Source: Burkholderiales bacterium (GTDB lineage: Bacteria > Pseudomonadota > Gammaproteobacteria > Burkholderiales > Burkholderiaceae_C). From it: 64,000 nucleotides of DNA. Shown piece by piece: positions 20,485 through 29,506 of this stretch (position 1 is the stretch's first letter; the number at the start of each line of letters is the position of its first letter). Made by a program: the position numbers and the translations under genes. The notes under the pieces are model-generated. The model was given only the letters and a program-made list of their open reading frames with translations. It searched no databases and was not told the origin of the DNA. Location of the stretch: positions 10,322 to 74,321 of the forward strand of contig JBBQAH010000001.1 of the NCBI GenBank assembly GCA_038316145.1, in the 5' to 3' direction.

Positions 20485-22056
20485 ATGACCGTGATGGACA
20501 TGCGCGCCGAGCACCGGCAGGGCCAGACACTCTCACCCCGCCTGCAGCACGCCGTCCGGCTGCTGCAGATGTCGTCGCTTGACTTCTCCGCCCTGGTTCG
20601 GGACACGCTGGACAAGAACCCGTTTCTGGAGGCCGACGAGGGCGGCGACGGCTCTGGCGGCGTCGGCGCTGACAGCCCGGGGCAATCTGCAGCCAGCGCG
20701 CCAGTGCTGCCTTACGACGGGTCGGACATCAGCGCGACGCATGCGCCCGTCGATGGTGGCCCGGGTGGGGATTCGGCAAGCGCGTTTGACGACCTGGGGC
20801 GCGACGCTGCCGATGACGCAACGCAGGGGGACGATGGTGGTATGGCCGATGACCGGTCCTGCGGCGCCGACGCCAGCGACCGCGATTTGTGGTCCGCCGA
20901 TGGCGGCGGCGCGGCGCGGCGCGGTGAGGCGGACGGGCTATCGGCGCTGGACAGGATGGCGGTGGAGACGTCGCTGACCACGCAGCTGCACGGGCAGTTG
21001 AACCTGCTGCCGCTGCCGCCGCGCGACCTGATGCTGGCCCGCACCATCGTCGAGTCACTCGACGATGACGGTTACCTGCGTACGCCGCTTGAAGAGCTCA
21101 TCGAGGTTGCCGAGCTCGATCCGCCTGCCGCGGCAGAGGAAATGCAGATTGCATTGCGGCGCGTCCAGTCGCTGGAACCTGATGGTGTGGCCGCACGCAG
21201 TGTCTGCGAGTGCCTGCAACTGCAGCTGCATGCCATCGCCTGCCCGGACACCCGTGCGCTGGCCAGGTCCATCGTGTGCGCCCACCTGCCATTGATGGCG
21301 GCGCGCGATGTCGCTGGTCTGGCCCGCAGGCTGAAACAGACGCCGGCGCGCAACGAGGAGGTGTGCGACAGGATCCGCCGACTCGATCCCAGGCCGGGTT
21401 GGCGCTTTGGCTCGACGCAGGTGTCGTACGTGGTGCCCGACGTGATCGTGCGCAAGGTGCGTGGCCAATGGACCGTGCAGCTCAACCCGGCGGTGGTGCT
21501 CAAGGTCAGGCTGAACCGGGTCTACGAAGCGCTGTTCGAGCGCCACCGCAGCGCGCAAAACACCGAGATGAGCGCCCATCTCAACGACGCCCGGTGGATG
21601 GTGCGCAACGTCGAGCAGCGTTTCTTGACCATCCTGGACGTGGCCAATGTCATCGTCCGCAGGCAAAAAAGCTTTCTGGAGTACGGCGCGATGGCGATGA
21701 AACCGCTGGGCCTGAAGCAGATCGCCGACGAAGTGGGCGTGCACGAAAGCACGGTTTCACGGGTCACCAACAACAAGTACATGGCCACCCCGGTGGGTGT
21801 GTTCGAGTTGAAGTATTTTTTCTCGCGCGCCCTGGCCACGGCCAGCGGCGGGGCCTGTTCGGGCATCGCGATCCGCGGCTTGCTCAAGGACATCATCGAC
21901 GCCGAGAGCCCGGACGACCCGCTGTCTGATGCCGAGATCACGCGCCAGCTCGCGCGGCAGGGGCTGGTGGTTGCCCGCCGCACCGTTACCAAGTACCGCC
22001 AGATGCTGAAGATCGAGGCCGTCGATCGCAGAAAGCGCCACGCCATCGCCGCCTGA
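20485..22056 (+). CDS. rpoN: RNA polymerase sigma-54 factor (probable secondary paralog)
   Basis: RBS GAGGAG; region I LSPRLQHAVRLLQMS; LDDDGYL; HESTVSRVTNNKY..GVFELKYFFS; RpoN box VARRTVTKYR. Not in the usual lptB-rpoN-hpf context. Confidence 0.96.
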   Translation: MTVMDMRAEHRQGQTLSPRLQHAVRLLQMSSLDFSALVRDTLDKNPFLEADEGGDGSGGVGADSPGQSAASAPVLPYDGSDISATHAPVDGGPGGDSASAFDDLGRDAADDATQGDDGGMADDRSCGADASDRDLWSADGGGAARRGEADGLSALDRMAVETSLTTQLHGQLNLLPLPPRDLMLARTIVESLDDDGYLRTPLEELIEVAELDPPAAAEEMQIALRRVQSLEPDGVAARSVCECLQLQLHAIACPDTRALARSIVCAHLPLMAARDVAGLARRLKQTPARNEEVCDRIRRLDPRPGWRFGSTQVSYVVPDVIVRKVRGQWTVQLNPAVVLKVRLNRVYEALFERHRSAQNTEMSAHLNDARWMVRNVEQRFLTILDVANVIVRRQKSFLEYGAMAMKPLGLKQIADEVGVHESTVSRVTNNKYMATPVGVFELKYFFSRALATASGGACSGIAIRGLLKDIIDAESPDDPLSDAEITRQLARQGLVVARRTVTKYRQMLKIEAVDRRKRHAIAA

Positions 22057-22143
22057 AGCACGCCGCATGGGTGCCGGCATTGCCGATGCGTGCGGCAACG
22101 ACGGCAACTGACGCGAGGTGATTCTGACGCCCGCCTGGCTGGC

Positions 22144-22159
22144 GGGAACGGAGTTTGCC
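22144..22159 (+). promoter_or_regulatory. Putative sigma-54 -24/-12 site
   Basis: GGGAACGGAGTTTGCC (GG-N10-GC), ~40 nt upstream of ATG 22200. Confidence 0.5.
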
Positions 22160-22199
22160 CCTGCTTGGGCTCACTGACTTTCTTCAACGGAGATATCCC

Positions 22200-22877
22200 A
22201 TGGCACAAGACAGCACCAACAGCGGCTCGAACTACGGCATGAGCGGCCCGGGTCCAAGGACCGACACCACCGCAGGATCAACCACCGGCATCAACCCAGG
22301 CAGCGGCATCGGCAGCAGCACGACGGCCGGCAGCACGGGCATCACCGAAAACAACGACCGCTACCTGACCGGCCTGTTCCCGGACCGCGACAGCGCCGAA
22401 CGCGCTTACCAGGGCGTGGTCGACCGTGGCTACAAGTCTGACGACATCAACCTGGTGATGTCCGACGACACGCGCAAGCGCCACTTCAGCGGTGACAGCA
22501 CCCTGGGTGGCCGCGAGACCGAGCTCGGCAACAAGGCGGCCGAAGGTGCTGGCATCGGCGCTGGCATCGGTGGTGCGCTCGGCGCCATCGCAGCAGCGGT
22601 TGCTGCGGTCGGTACGAGCCTCGTGTTGCCGGGCCTGGGCCTCGTTATTGCCGGACCGATCGCCGCGGCGTTGGCCGGCGCCGGTGCCGGTGGCGCGGCC
22701 GGCAGTCTGGTGGGGGCGCTGGTTGGCTGGAACATCCCTGAAGAGCGCATCAAGGACTATGAAGACGGCATCAAGAACGGTGGCATCCTGATGGGTTTGC
22801 GCCCAAAGACCGACGTTGACGCGACCGAACTTGAACAGCATTGGCGCGGCGCCAACGGGCAGTCCGTCTCGCGCTGA
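22200..22877 (+). CDS. General-stress-type membrane protein with glycine-zipper region
   Basis: RBS GGAG; GLFPDRDSAERAY..RGY..DDINLVMSD..GNKAAEGAGIG..LVGWNIPEERIKDYEDGIKNGGILM. Confidence 0.85.
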   Translation: MAQDSTNSGSNYGMSGPGPRTDTTAGSTTGINPGSGIGSSTTAGSTGITENNDRYLTGLFPDRDSAERAYQGVVDRGYKSDDINLVMSDDTRKRHFSGDSTLGGRETELGNKAAEGAGIGAGIGGALGAIAAAVAAVGTSLVLPGLGLVIAGPIAAALAGAGAGGAAGSLVGALVGWNIPEERIKDYEDGIKNGGILMGLRPKTDVDATELEQHWRGANGQSVSR

Positions 22878-22946
22878 ACCTGCCAGGTTTGCCACCTTGA
22901 TCGGACCCCGCCAGGCTGTCGGTGTGACGGTCCGGCGGGCACGCCC

Positions 22947-23234
22947 TCAGTACGGACTGATGCATGTGGCCGTGGTTTCAGTTCGCAATACGTTACTTGC
23001 GTCGATGCCCCAAGAGCGGCCGCACCGGACAACGGTGTGTCCGGGGCGTGGGTGGGGCTGTGCTTCGGGTCGGTGGCAGTCATGCCCTCGCGTCGTTGGC
23101 ACGTCCAGCCGCGGGAGCAAGGCCTTCACCCGCCATGCCAGCAGCGCTGTGGCGGCGGCATCGACGAGCAACGCAATCAACAGCGCGCCCCAAAGCGCCA
23201 CGCCAAACTGCAACAACAGGCGCCTCGCGCGCAA
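22947..23234 (-). pseudogene. Possible YqjE/holin-like small membrane protein remnant
   Basis: Hydrophobic segment downstream of a DUF883-like gene; short, with a non-coding-looking tail. Confidence 0.35.
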
Positions 23235-23266
23235 TGGAACTTGCCTGGGACGCGATCAACGCACGC

Positions 23267-23494
23267 TCAGCGTGTGAGTCGCGCCACCAACACGCCCACG
23301 GCAAACGCTGCGACCACTGCGCCCAATGGGTTCTCGCGAACGGTGGCGCGCACGCGCCGGGCCCATTCTTCGCTGGTGTCCAGTGCCTGAACGGCACGTT
23401 CACTGACCATCTCCTCGGCCGACGCGATGCCCTCCCCATGGCGAAGTCCTGGGGATGGATTTGCAGTGGGAGTTTCACGGGTTGCGGCCGTCAT
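23267..23494 (-). CDS. DUF883/ElaB-like tail-anchored small protein
   Basis: C-terminal RATVRENPLGAVVAAFAVGVLVARLTR. Confidence 0.75.
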   Translation of the reverse strand: MTAATRETPTANPSPGLRHGEGIASAEEMVSERAVQALDTSEEWARRVRATVRENPLGAVVAAFAVGVLVARLTR

Positions 23495-23496
23495 GC

Positions 23497-23766
23497 TCAG
23501 CGCGCCGTGCCACGGCGGAACACGTTGACGACGGCCAGCAAAATGATGGCACCCATCAGCGACACAGCGAGTGCGCCGAGGCTGAAGGCATCTTGATTGT
23601 TGGTGGGCACGCCCACCATCGGCGCTATCAGCCAGCCGCCAAGCGCAGCGCCGACAATGCCGACAACGACGTTGAGGATCAAGCCCTGCTGTCCGTCGGT
23701 GCGCATGATCATGCTCGCGACCCAGCCGATGAGGACACCAACCACCCACCGAATAATCATGTTCAT
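23497..23766 (-). CDS. GlsB/YeaQ/YmgE family stress-response membrane protein
   Basis: MNMIIRWVVGVLIGWVASMIMRTDGQQGLILNVVVGIVGAALGG. Confidence 0.92.
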   Translation of the reverse strand: MNMIIRWVVGVLIGWVASMIMRTDGQQGLILNVVVGIVGAALGGWLIAPMVGVPTNNQDAFSLGALAVSLMGAIILLAVVNVFRRGTAR

Positions 23767-23817
23767 GTCCGTCGCCCTTGGGACTGGGCAGGCCTGCGGC
23801 CCCCTGCGCCGTATTGG

Positions 23818-23833
23818 GGCAAACGGTGGGCCA
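23818..23833 (-). promoter_or_regulatory. Putative sigma-54 -24/-12 site for the glsB-DUF883 operon
   Basis: Minus strand TGGCCCACCGTTTGCC, ~50 nt upstream of ATG 23766. Confidence 0.55.
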
Positions 23834-23980
23834 GTCAATACCGAGAAGTCATATGCCCCTATGCCGAGCCCTGTCGCGGCACACGGGAAAAATTTGCCGC
23901 AAGGTTTGCCTGAGTGGGACGCCATCTGGCCACGCGCAGCGCCGCCACCGTCCAACGCCTCGCCACCCTGAAGAGACGCC

Positions 23981-25180
23981 TCATGCAGCGCCAGCGCGAG
24001 GCACCGAGAGGAAGAAGCGCACCATCTCGGCTGAGGCATCCGGCCCGCGTGCATCGGTGTATGAGCCGCTCTCGCTGCCGCCGGCCCATGCATGGCCCGC
24101 ACCGTGCACGGTCCAGGACTCTACGCAGGTCCGTCCGGCCGCGTCTGCGTGCAGCGTTCGGCTGAAGCGTCGGCCGCCCGGGGACGTACCGCACGCCATG
24201 CTGTCGCGCAGGCCCCCACCGGCCTTGGCCGCAGCATGTGCAGTCCTGGCCTGCAGTGCGATTTCGATGCCATTGGCTTGCTGCACAGTGTGATCCCGGT
24301 CGCCGTGGAAGACGATGGTCGGCACGGCCTGCGCGGTCCTTGCCCGCGGTGCGGCGTTTGGGCTTGGCGAGGTCTTGAGGCCAGCGATGCCGCTTCGGCC
24401 GCCCTTCATGGCAGCCATTGCCGACGGTATGTCGTGCGCACTGCGGTAGGGCAGGCCGGAGTGTGCGCCCACGGCGGCGAACAACTCGGGATAGGCCTCG
24501 CCAAGGATCACCGCCATCGCCGCGCCCGCCGAGAGCCCTGCCACAAAGATGCGGCGCGTATCGACGCCGTGGCGTGCGGCAACGTCAGACGCGATCCCGG
24601 CAATCAGCGAAGGCTCGCCGGCGTCCCGCGCCTGGTCCTGGGCCTTGAACCAGTTCCAGCATTTCGAAGGATTTGCGGTGCTGGGCTGCTCGGGATAGAC
24701 CACCAGAAAGCCATGTTCTTCAGCAAGTCGGTTCATCCGCGTGCCGGCGGCGAAGTCGTCCGCCGACTGGGTACAGCCATGGAGCATCACGACCAGCGGT
24801 GGCGGCAAAGCGCCTGCCCGCGCGGGCACATACAGCTTGTAGGCGCGGCTGCCCGAGCGGTTGGCATAGCTGAAGGCGTCAAAAGTTCCGGCGGGCACCT
24901 GGGCTGCATCCATCGAAGGTTGCCGAACAGGTCTGCCGTCGCCGTCCTGCGGAACATCCACGAGGCGCGCCACGACATCGATGACGTCGTCGCGCGCGCC
25001 CGAGGCGTCCTTCGTCGTCGGCAATCCCGCCGCGGCCAATGCGCGGCGAATGGTGTCGGTCACGCCAAGCATCGGGCCCGCCGTCGTGTCGAGCCCTGCG
25101 GAGGCCAGCGCGCTGCGGATTGTCTCGTTGATGGCCTGCGCGTCGAACGACGGCGCTCGGATGTTGAAGGGTGTTTTCAT
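23981..25180 (-). CDS. PHB depolymerase family esterase (LpqC-like)
   Basis: VMLHGCTQ, CWNWF, lipase box GLSAG, FHGDRD, GHAW. Confidence 0.92.
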   Translation of the reverse strand: MKTPFNIRAPSFDAQAINETIRSALASAGLDTTAGPMLGVTDTIRRALAAAGLPTTKDASGARDDVIDVVARLVDVPQDGDGRPVRQPSMDAAQVPAGTFDAFSYANRSGSRAYKLYVPARAGALPPPLVVMLHGCTQSADDFAAGTRMNRLAEEHGFLVVYPEQPSTANPSKCWNWFKAQDQARDAGEPSLIAGIASDVAARHGVDTRRIFVAGLSAGAAMAVILGEAYPELFAAVGAHSGLPYRSAHDIPSAMAAMKGGRSGIAGLKTSPSPNAAPRARTAQAVPTIVFHGDRDHTVQQANGIEIALQARTAHAAAKAGGGLRDSMACGTSPGGRRFSRTLHADAAGRTCVESWTVHGAGHAWAGGSESGSYTDARGPDASAEMVRFFLSVPRAGAA

Positions 25181-25214
25181 GGGGGGATTTCCAGTTGCAG
25201 CGTTACGTGAGTGA

Positions 25215-25637
25215 TCAATGGATTCGGTCGGACAGGGCGAGTCGCACGGCGGCACTGGCCTGGAACGCGCCGAGCACGGTCACGGACTCGATCGCCGCAC
25301 GCGCCAGTTCTGGCGTCACGTCTTCGGCGATACGTGCGAGCCCGACGACCTGCACTTGCAGCCGCTGGCCCGCCGCCACTGCGCGCTCGAGGTCAGCGCG
25401 GCTGTAGTGCTGCAGCCCTACCGTCAGCGTGCGGCGCGCCAGCGTTTGTTTGACGGTGTCGGCGTGCAGTGCCAACTGGTTACGTACGGCTGTCCTGACC
25501 AGGTCGGATCGGTTCGAGTAAAAGCCCTCCTGCACGAGCAGGTCGACATGGCCGAGATCGACCACGCCGACGTTCACGGTCATCTTCTCCGTCTCGCCTG
25601 TGCGCTGCCTCGGTTCCAACCCCTTGCTGTTTGTCAT
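25215..25637 (-). CDS. CopG/ribbon-helix-helix family transcriptional regulator
   Basis: EKMTVNVGVVDLGHVDLLVQEGFYSNRSDLVRTAVRNQL; same strand, directly upstream of the esterase. Confidence 0.88.
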   Translation of the reverse strand: MTNSKGLEPRQRTGETEKMTVNVGVVDLGHVDLLVQEGFYSNRSDLVRTAVRNQLALHADTVKQTLARRTLTVGLQHYSRADLERAVAAGQRLQVQVVGLARIAEDVTPELARAAIESVTVLGAFQASAAVRLALSDRIH

Positions 25638-25641
25638 GACA

Positions 25642-25673
25642 TCCACCTGGAATCCAATTAGATTCCAATTGGA
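25642..25673. promoter_or_regulatory. Triple pseudo-palindromic operator (TCCA-N2-TGGA, 11-bp period)
   Basis: TCCACCTGGA (25642), TCCAATTAGA (25653) and TCCAATTGGA (25664), directly upstream of the copG start. Confidence 0.7.
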
Positions 25674-25976
25674 GCACATTTTCGCTGAGGCAGGGTGAAG
25701 CGATGCAGACCACAGTGATCGAGTCGCGGGTTTGTCGTAGGGCCAGGCCGGTTCTCGAAGATCACCATTGAAGGCCTGTCCCGAGGCGCTGGTCGTCTGT
25801 CAGGCGGTTGAACAATGAACTTCTAGACGTGGTGGGCGCCGTTCTCCTACAGACAAGACCGTACTTCGCTGATCTCGCGCAGAAGGACACCGGTCCATCC
25901 TGATAACAGCTGGACGCCCTGTCCAGCACGCGCCGACCGGCGATCAACCTGACCACTTCACTGAAGGAACTTTCCA

Positions 25977-26354
25977 ATGAACACTTCCCAGATCCTCATC
26001 GCCGTCGCAAGCGTCTCCGCACTTGTGGGTGTTGTCAGTTTTGCTGACGCCCAAACCTCTGACTCGGGGCAGCGCGCGACGACTTCAGGCGCGACGACGA
26101 TGCCCAGCGACACGAGGCCGAACACCAGCCCATCGGCGCCGATGCCTGGCTCGACCATGCCAGCGGCCGGCAACAACACCGCGACCCGGAACAACGGCAA
26201 CATGCCGAACAACGGCTCGATGTCTGACAGGGGGGCGAACGTGAACAGTCGCACCGGGGCTTCGGGCATGGATTCGTCCACCCGCACGCCGACGACCGGT
26301 ACCGACGGCAGCAGCACGCCGACGGAACGCGCGGCGAGGATGGACCGAGGCTGA
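25977..26354 (+). CDS. Small secreted low-complexity protein with C-terminal TERAARMDRG motif
   Basis: RBS AAGGAA; Sec signal ending SFADA; T/S/P/N/M-rich disordered body. Confidence 0.85.
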   Translation: MNTSQILIAVASVSALVGVVSFADAQTSDSGQRATTSGATTMPSDTRPNTSPSAPMPGSTMPAAGNNTATRNNGNMPNNGSMSDRGANVNSRTGASGMDSSTRTPTTGTDGSSTPTERAARMDRG

Positions 26355-26428
26355 CAGACAGGCCACCTGTACTCCGCGCCCGCACCGTTCTGGATAGTCC
26401 CGCGCTATGCCCGAAAAGCGGCTTGGAT

Positions 26429-27106
26429 CTACGCCGGTTGCCTGGTCTTCGCGGCCAGCAGCCGGCCCTGTTGAAAGCCGCCAGACTCGGGCATGATGTA
26501 GACCAGCCCACGATGGCGCCCCAGCAGGGGTGCGACGACGGCGTCGTAAAAGGCCTCGGGTACCACGACGCAGCCCGCCGACAGACGTCGTCCCCGTGCA
26601 TCATCAGACGCGAGGCGGGTGGCGCGCAAAGCTCTCGACGCGCCCGGCCGCAAGCGGTGGATGGCCAGGGCGATTCCATAGTCGATCCAGACGATAGGCT
26701 CGCCATTGCTGTTTCGGCCCGGCTCGGATTCAAATCGGCCAGCAGGTGTTGTGAGGTCCTCTGGGCGCAGGGCTTGATGCTGTGTGCGCCTGCCGACGCC
26801 GGCCGCTGACGTGTCGCCCAGCGTCTTCCCGAGCAGCACCGCTGATGCGCCCACCAAAGTGCCGTCCGCGGCGTACAACACGATCATTGCCGACCGCTTG
26901 TCCACGATGGCGAAGGGCCGGCCCTGGTGGTCAGCATGGCTGCTCACCCAGCGGGCCAATAGACGGGCATCCTGCGGCAAAGCAGCCCCATCGGCAGCCA
27001 TCGCCACCACAGCAGGCCGAGGTTGCGGCGAGGCCTGGACGCCCGATGGCCGAACCCATGCGACTACCAGACACAGTGACAACCGTCCCAGACTCGCAAC
27101 CCGCAT
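26429..27106 (-). CDS. L,D-transpeptidase-like (YkuD-fold) secreted protein
   Basis: Signal peptide; FAIVDK..VLLG..TTPAGRF..VWIDY..AIHRL..RLSAGCVVVP (catalytic His and Cys). Confidence 0.82.
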   Translation of the reverse strand: MRVASLGRLSLCLVVAWVRPSGVQASPQPRPAVVAMAADGAALPQDARLLARWVSSHADHQGRPFAIVDKRSAMIVLYAADGTLVGASAVLLGKTLGDTSAAGVGRRTQHQALRPEDLTTPAGRFESEPGRNSNGEPIVWIDYGIALAIHRLRPGASRALRATRLASDDARGRRLSAGCVVVPEAFYDAVVAPLLGRHRGLVYIMPESGGFQQGRLLAAKTRQPA

Positions 27107-27293
27107 TCCGCACCCGGCCTCTGCCCAACCTGCCTCAACTTGACAGGTGACCAGAGGTCGCTGCCGTCTCGCTCAAGAGCAGCCCGCGACGGGCCGATTG
27201 GCAAAACGATCGTAGTGCCACGCCAAGCGGCCCATCCTGCGATGAGCCGGGCAAAAACGTGTCGGCTCGGGCCGGCGCGTGCCGGCCTGGCTG

Positions 27294-27596
27294 TCAGTTG
27301 CGGTCGGCGCGGGGTGCGCGCTCGGTCATCATGTTGTCGGACATGTTGGCGTTGGAGGATGAAGCCACCACGGTGGACGGTGTTGTCGTCATCACCGGGG
27401 CGCCAGTGGCCATGGGCATGGGTGTGGGCATTGCGGTCGTCACGGGTTCGGGTTGCTGAACGATGGGTGCGGCTGCAACCGGTTTCATGGGTTCCTGCAT
27501 GTGCATGGCGCGATCAGCGCGGTTCGCGGCGCAGCCGGCAGCCAGACCGACGGCGACGAAGGCCGCGGAGAGAAAGGCGATTCTTGGGGTGTTCAT
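27294..27596 (-). CDS. Small lipoprotein, low complexity, with C-terminal TERAPRADRN motif
   Basis: RBS AAGGAA; lipobox LAAGC; P/T/M-rich linker. Confidence 0.85.
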   Translation of the reverse strand: MNTPRIAFLSAAFVAVGLAAGCAANRADRAMHMQEPMKPVAAAPIVQQPEPVTTAMPTPMPMATGAPVMTTTPSTVVASSSNANMSDNMMTERAPRADRN

Positions 27597-27693
27597 GGTC
27601 AAGTTCCTTCGGCAGGTGCCGGGCATTGCAGCGCGGCGGAGGTGGGCCGCAGCAGCGGCAGGACCACCAGACTGCCCCTGTTGGATGTTGGCG

Positions 27694-27712
27694 TCTGTAC
27701 ACCAACGCACGC
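27694..27712. promoter_or_regulatory. Crp-variant palindrome
   Basis: TCTGTAC-ACCAAC-GCACG, ~100 nt upstream of the 27596 start. Confidence 0.55.
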
Positions 27713-27746
27713 TGTGGCGCAAACGGCCCAGGGCCTCTCAGGCCCC

Positions 27747-28523
27747 CTATTTCGAAGCGCTATTGGGCAGACCGGCCAAACCGGGGAAGACCGCAAGCAG
27801 CGGGTGTTCGTCGGGCAAGATGTAGATGATGACCTTGGCCCCATTGGCCACCGGGGGGTAGACCAGCGCGTCGAAGAACGCGGCAGGCACATTGATGCAG
27901 CCGCTAGAGATGCGCTTGTCTTCGACGCTGTCCGAAGCCAGCCTTTCGAGGCGACGCTCGGCAGGGTTGCTGGTCAATACACGGTGCATCGATACGGCGG
28001 CGTCATAGTCGACCCACACCACCCCTTCGCCGCGCAGGTTATGGCCTCGTTCGGCGAGAAAACGGCCTGCTGGCGTGGTGCGTTCTTCGGGCCGGATGTC
28101 GGCCAGCTTGCGTGAGCCGATGCCCGGCGCCGAGACGTCGCCCAGCGCCAAGCCGAGCAGCACCTTGCTGGCCCCTTCCAGCCTGCCCCGGCCGTTGAAC
28201 ACCAGCAGGCGCGCCCGAGGCTTGTCGACGATGAAGAAAGGCGCACCCCCGTGGTCGGACGAGCCGACGATCCAGTTGGCGAGGCGCCGCTGGTCAGGCG
28301 TGGGCTGTTCATGCCCGAAGTCGGCTGGTGGCGCCGCCAGTGGCTGGGCAATGCTGATGGCATCGAGTTGGGGCGGTTTCGGGGTTGGGTAGCCTGAGCG
28401 CCCCATCACTGCCCAAATGGCAGCTGCTGCTCCCACTGTGAGTGCAGCGCCGAGTGCCGCGCTGATCGCCATGCGGGCCACCCGATTTGCAGGCCGCTTC
28501 ATGACGACCGCTCCAGCGGGCAT
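27747..28523 (-). CDS. L,D-transpeptidase-like (YkuD-fold) membrane-anchored protein
   Basis: N-terminal TM helix; FFIVDK..TTPAGRF..VWVDYD..SMHRV..RISSGCINVP; paralog of 26429..27106. Confidence 0.85.
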   Translation of the reverse strand: MPAGAVVMKRPANRVARMAISAALGAALTVGAAAAIWAVMGRSGYPTPKPPQLDAISIAQPLAAPPADFGHEQPTPDQRRLANWIVGSSDHGGAPFFIVDKPRARLLVFNGRGRLEGASKVLLGLALGDVSAPGIGSRKLADIRPEERTTPAGRFLAERGHNLRGEGVVWVDYDAAVSMHRVLTSNPAERRLERLASDSVEDKRISSGCINVPAAFFDALVYPPVANGAKVIIYILPDEHPLLAVFPGLAGLPNSASK

Positions 28524-28633
28524 CTCGCCGGGCTGACACGTGCTGGATCGTCAAGCATGATCGGGTCGGCGGTCAAATCAAGTCGTCCAGTATGTTGGTC
28601 GGCAGATGGTTGGCGGCGCGCAACGCCAATGCA

Positions 28634-29455
28634 CTATTCGCCAAGAAACGTCAGCAGGTCCTTGGTCAGCCGCGCTTTGTGCGTGGCGAACAAACCGTGC
28701 GGCGCATCGTCGTACTCGATCATCATCGAGCCCGCGATGCCCTTGGCCGCAGCCCTGCCGCCGGCATCGATTGGCACCGTCTTGTCAGCCGTGCCATGGA
28801 TGATGAGCGTGGGCACCTCGAATGCAGCCATATCCGGCCGGAAGTCGGTGGTCGCAAACGATTTGGCGCAGGCCAGCGTCGCGTTCAACCCCGCCTGCAT
28901 CGATACGTTGCTAGCCCATTGCAACAATTCGTCGCTCACTGGCTGCGAAAGCATCCCGACGCCGAAGAAGTCCTTGAAAAACCCGCTGAAGAACTTGGCG
29001 CGGTCCTCGGTCATGCCCTGGGCCATGGCGGCGAAGGCCGAGGCGTCCGTGCCGTCGGGGTTGTCGGCGATCTTGAGCATGAAGGGCACGACAGACGACA
29101 CCAGCGCCGCCTTGACCACGCCCTTGCTACCGTGCCGCGACATGTAGCGGGCAATCTCGCCGCCGCCCATCGAGAAGCCGACGAGCGTTGCGTCTTGCGC
29201 GCCGGTCTGCTCGATCACCGATGCCAGATCATCTGCCAGGGTGTCGTAGTCGTAGCCGCTGCCCGGTTGAGATGACCGACCGAAGCCTCGGCGGTCGTAG
29301 GCGATGGTGCGGTAGCCGGCGTCGGCAAGGGCCATCGCCTGATCGTCCCAGCTGTCGGATGACAGGGGCCAGCCGTGCAACAGGATGACCGGCCGTCCCT
29401 GGCCCCAGTCCTTGAAGTAGAGCTCGGTCTTGTCGGTGGTGGTGATGGATGGCAT
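28634..29455 (-). CDS. Alpha/beta hydrolase, non-heme chloroperoxidase/arylesterase family
   Basis: YFKDWGQG..LHGWP..DRRGFGRS..GFSMGG..HGTAD..APHG. Confidence 0.93.
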   Translation of the reverse strand: MPSITTTDKTELYFKDWGQGRPVILLHGWPLSSDSWDDQAMALADAGYRTIAYDRRGFGRSSQPGSGYDYDTLADDLASVIEQTGAQDATLVGFSMGGGEIARYMSRHGSKGVVKAALVSSVVPFMLKIADNPDGTDASAFAAMAQGMTEDRAKFFSGFFKDFFGVGMLSQPVSDELLQWASNVSMQAGLNATLACAKSFATTDFRPDMAAFEVPTLIIHGTADKTVPIDAGGRAAAKGIAGSMMIEYDDAPHGLFATHKARLTKDLLTFLGE

Positions 29456-29506
29456 GGTGTTGATGTTCAGGTGGTTCGGCGCGCGCCGATCAGCGCGCCC
29501 CTTCGA

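Noticed and set aside
22947-22960. Palindrome TCAGT-ACGG-ACTGA
   Set aside because: A short single copy between convergent genes; at most a weak terminator or a chance hairpin.
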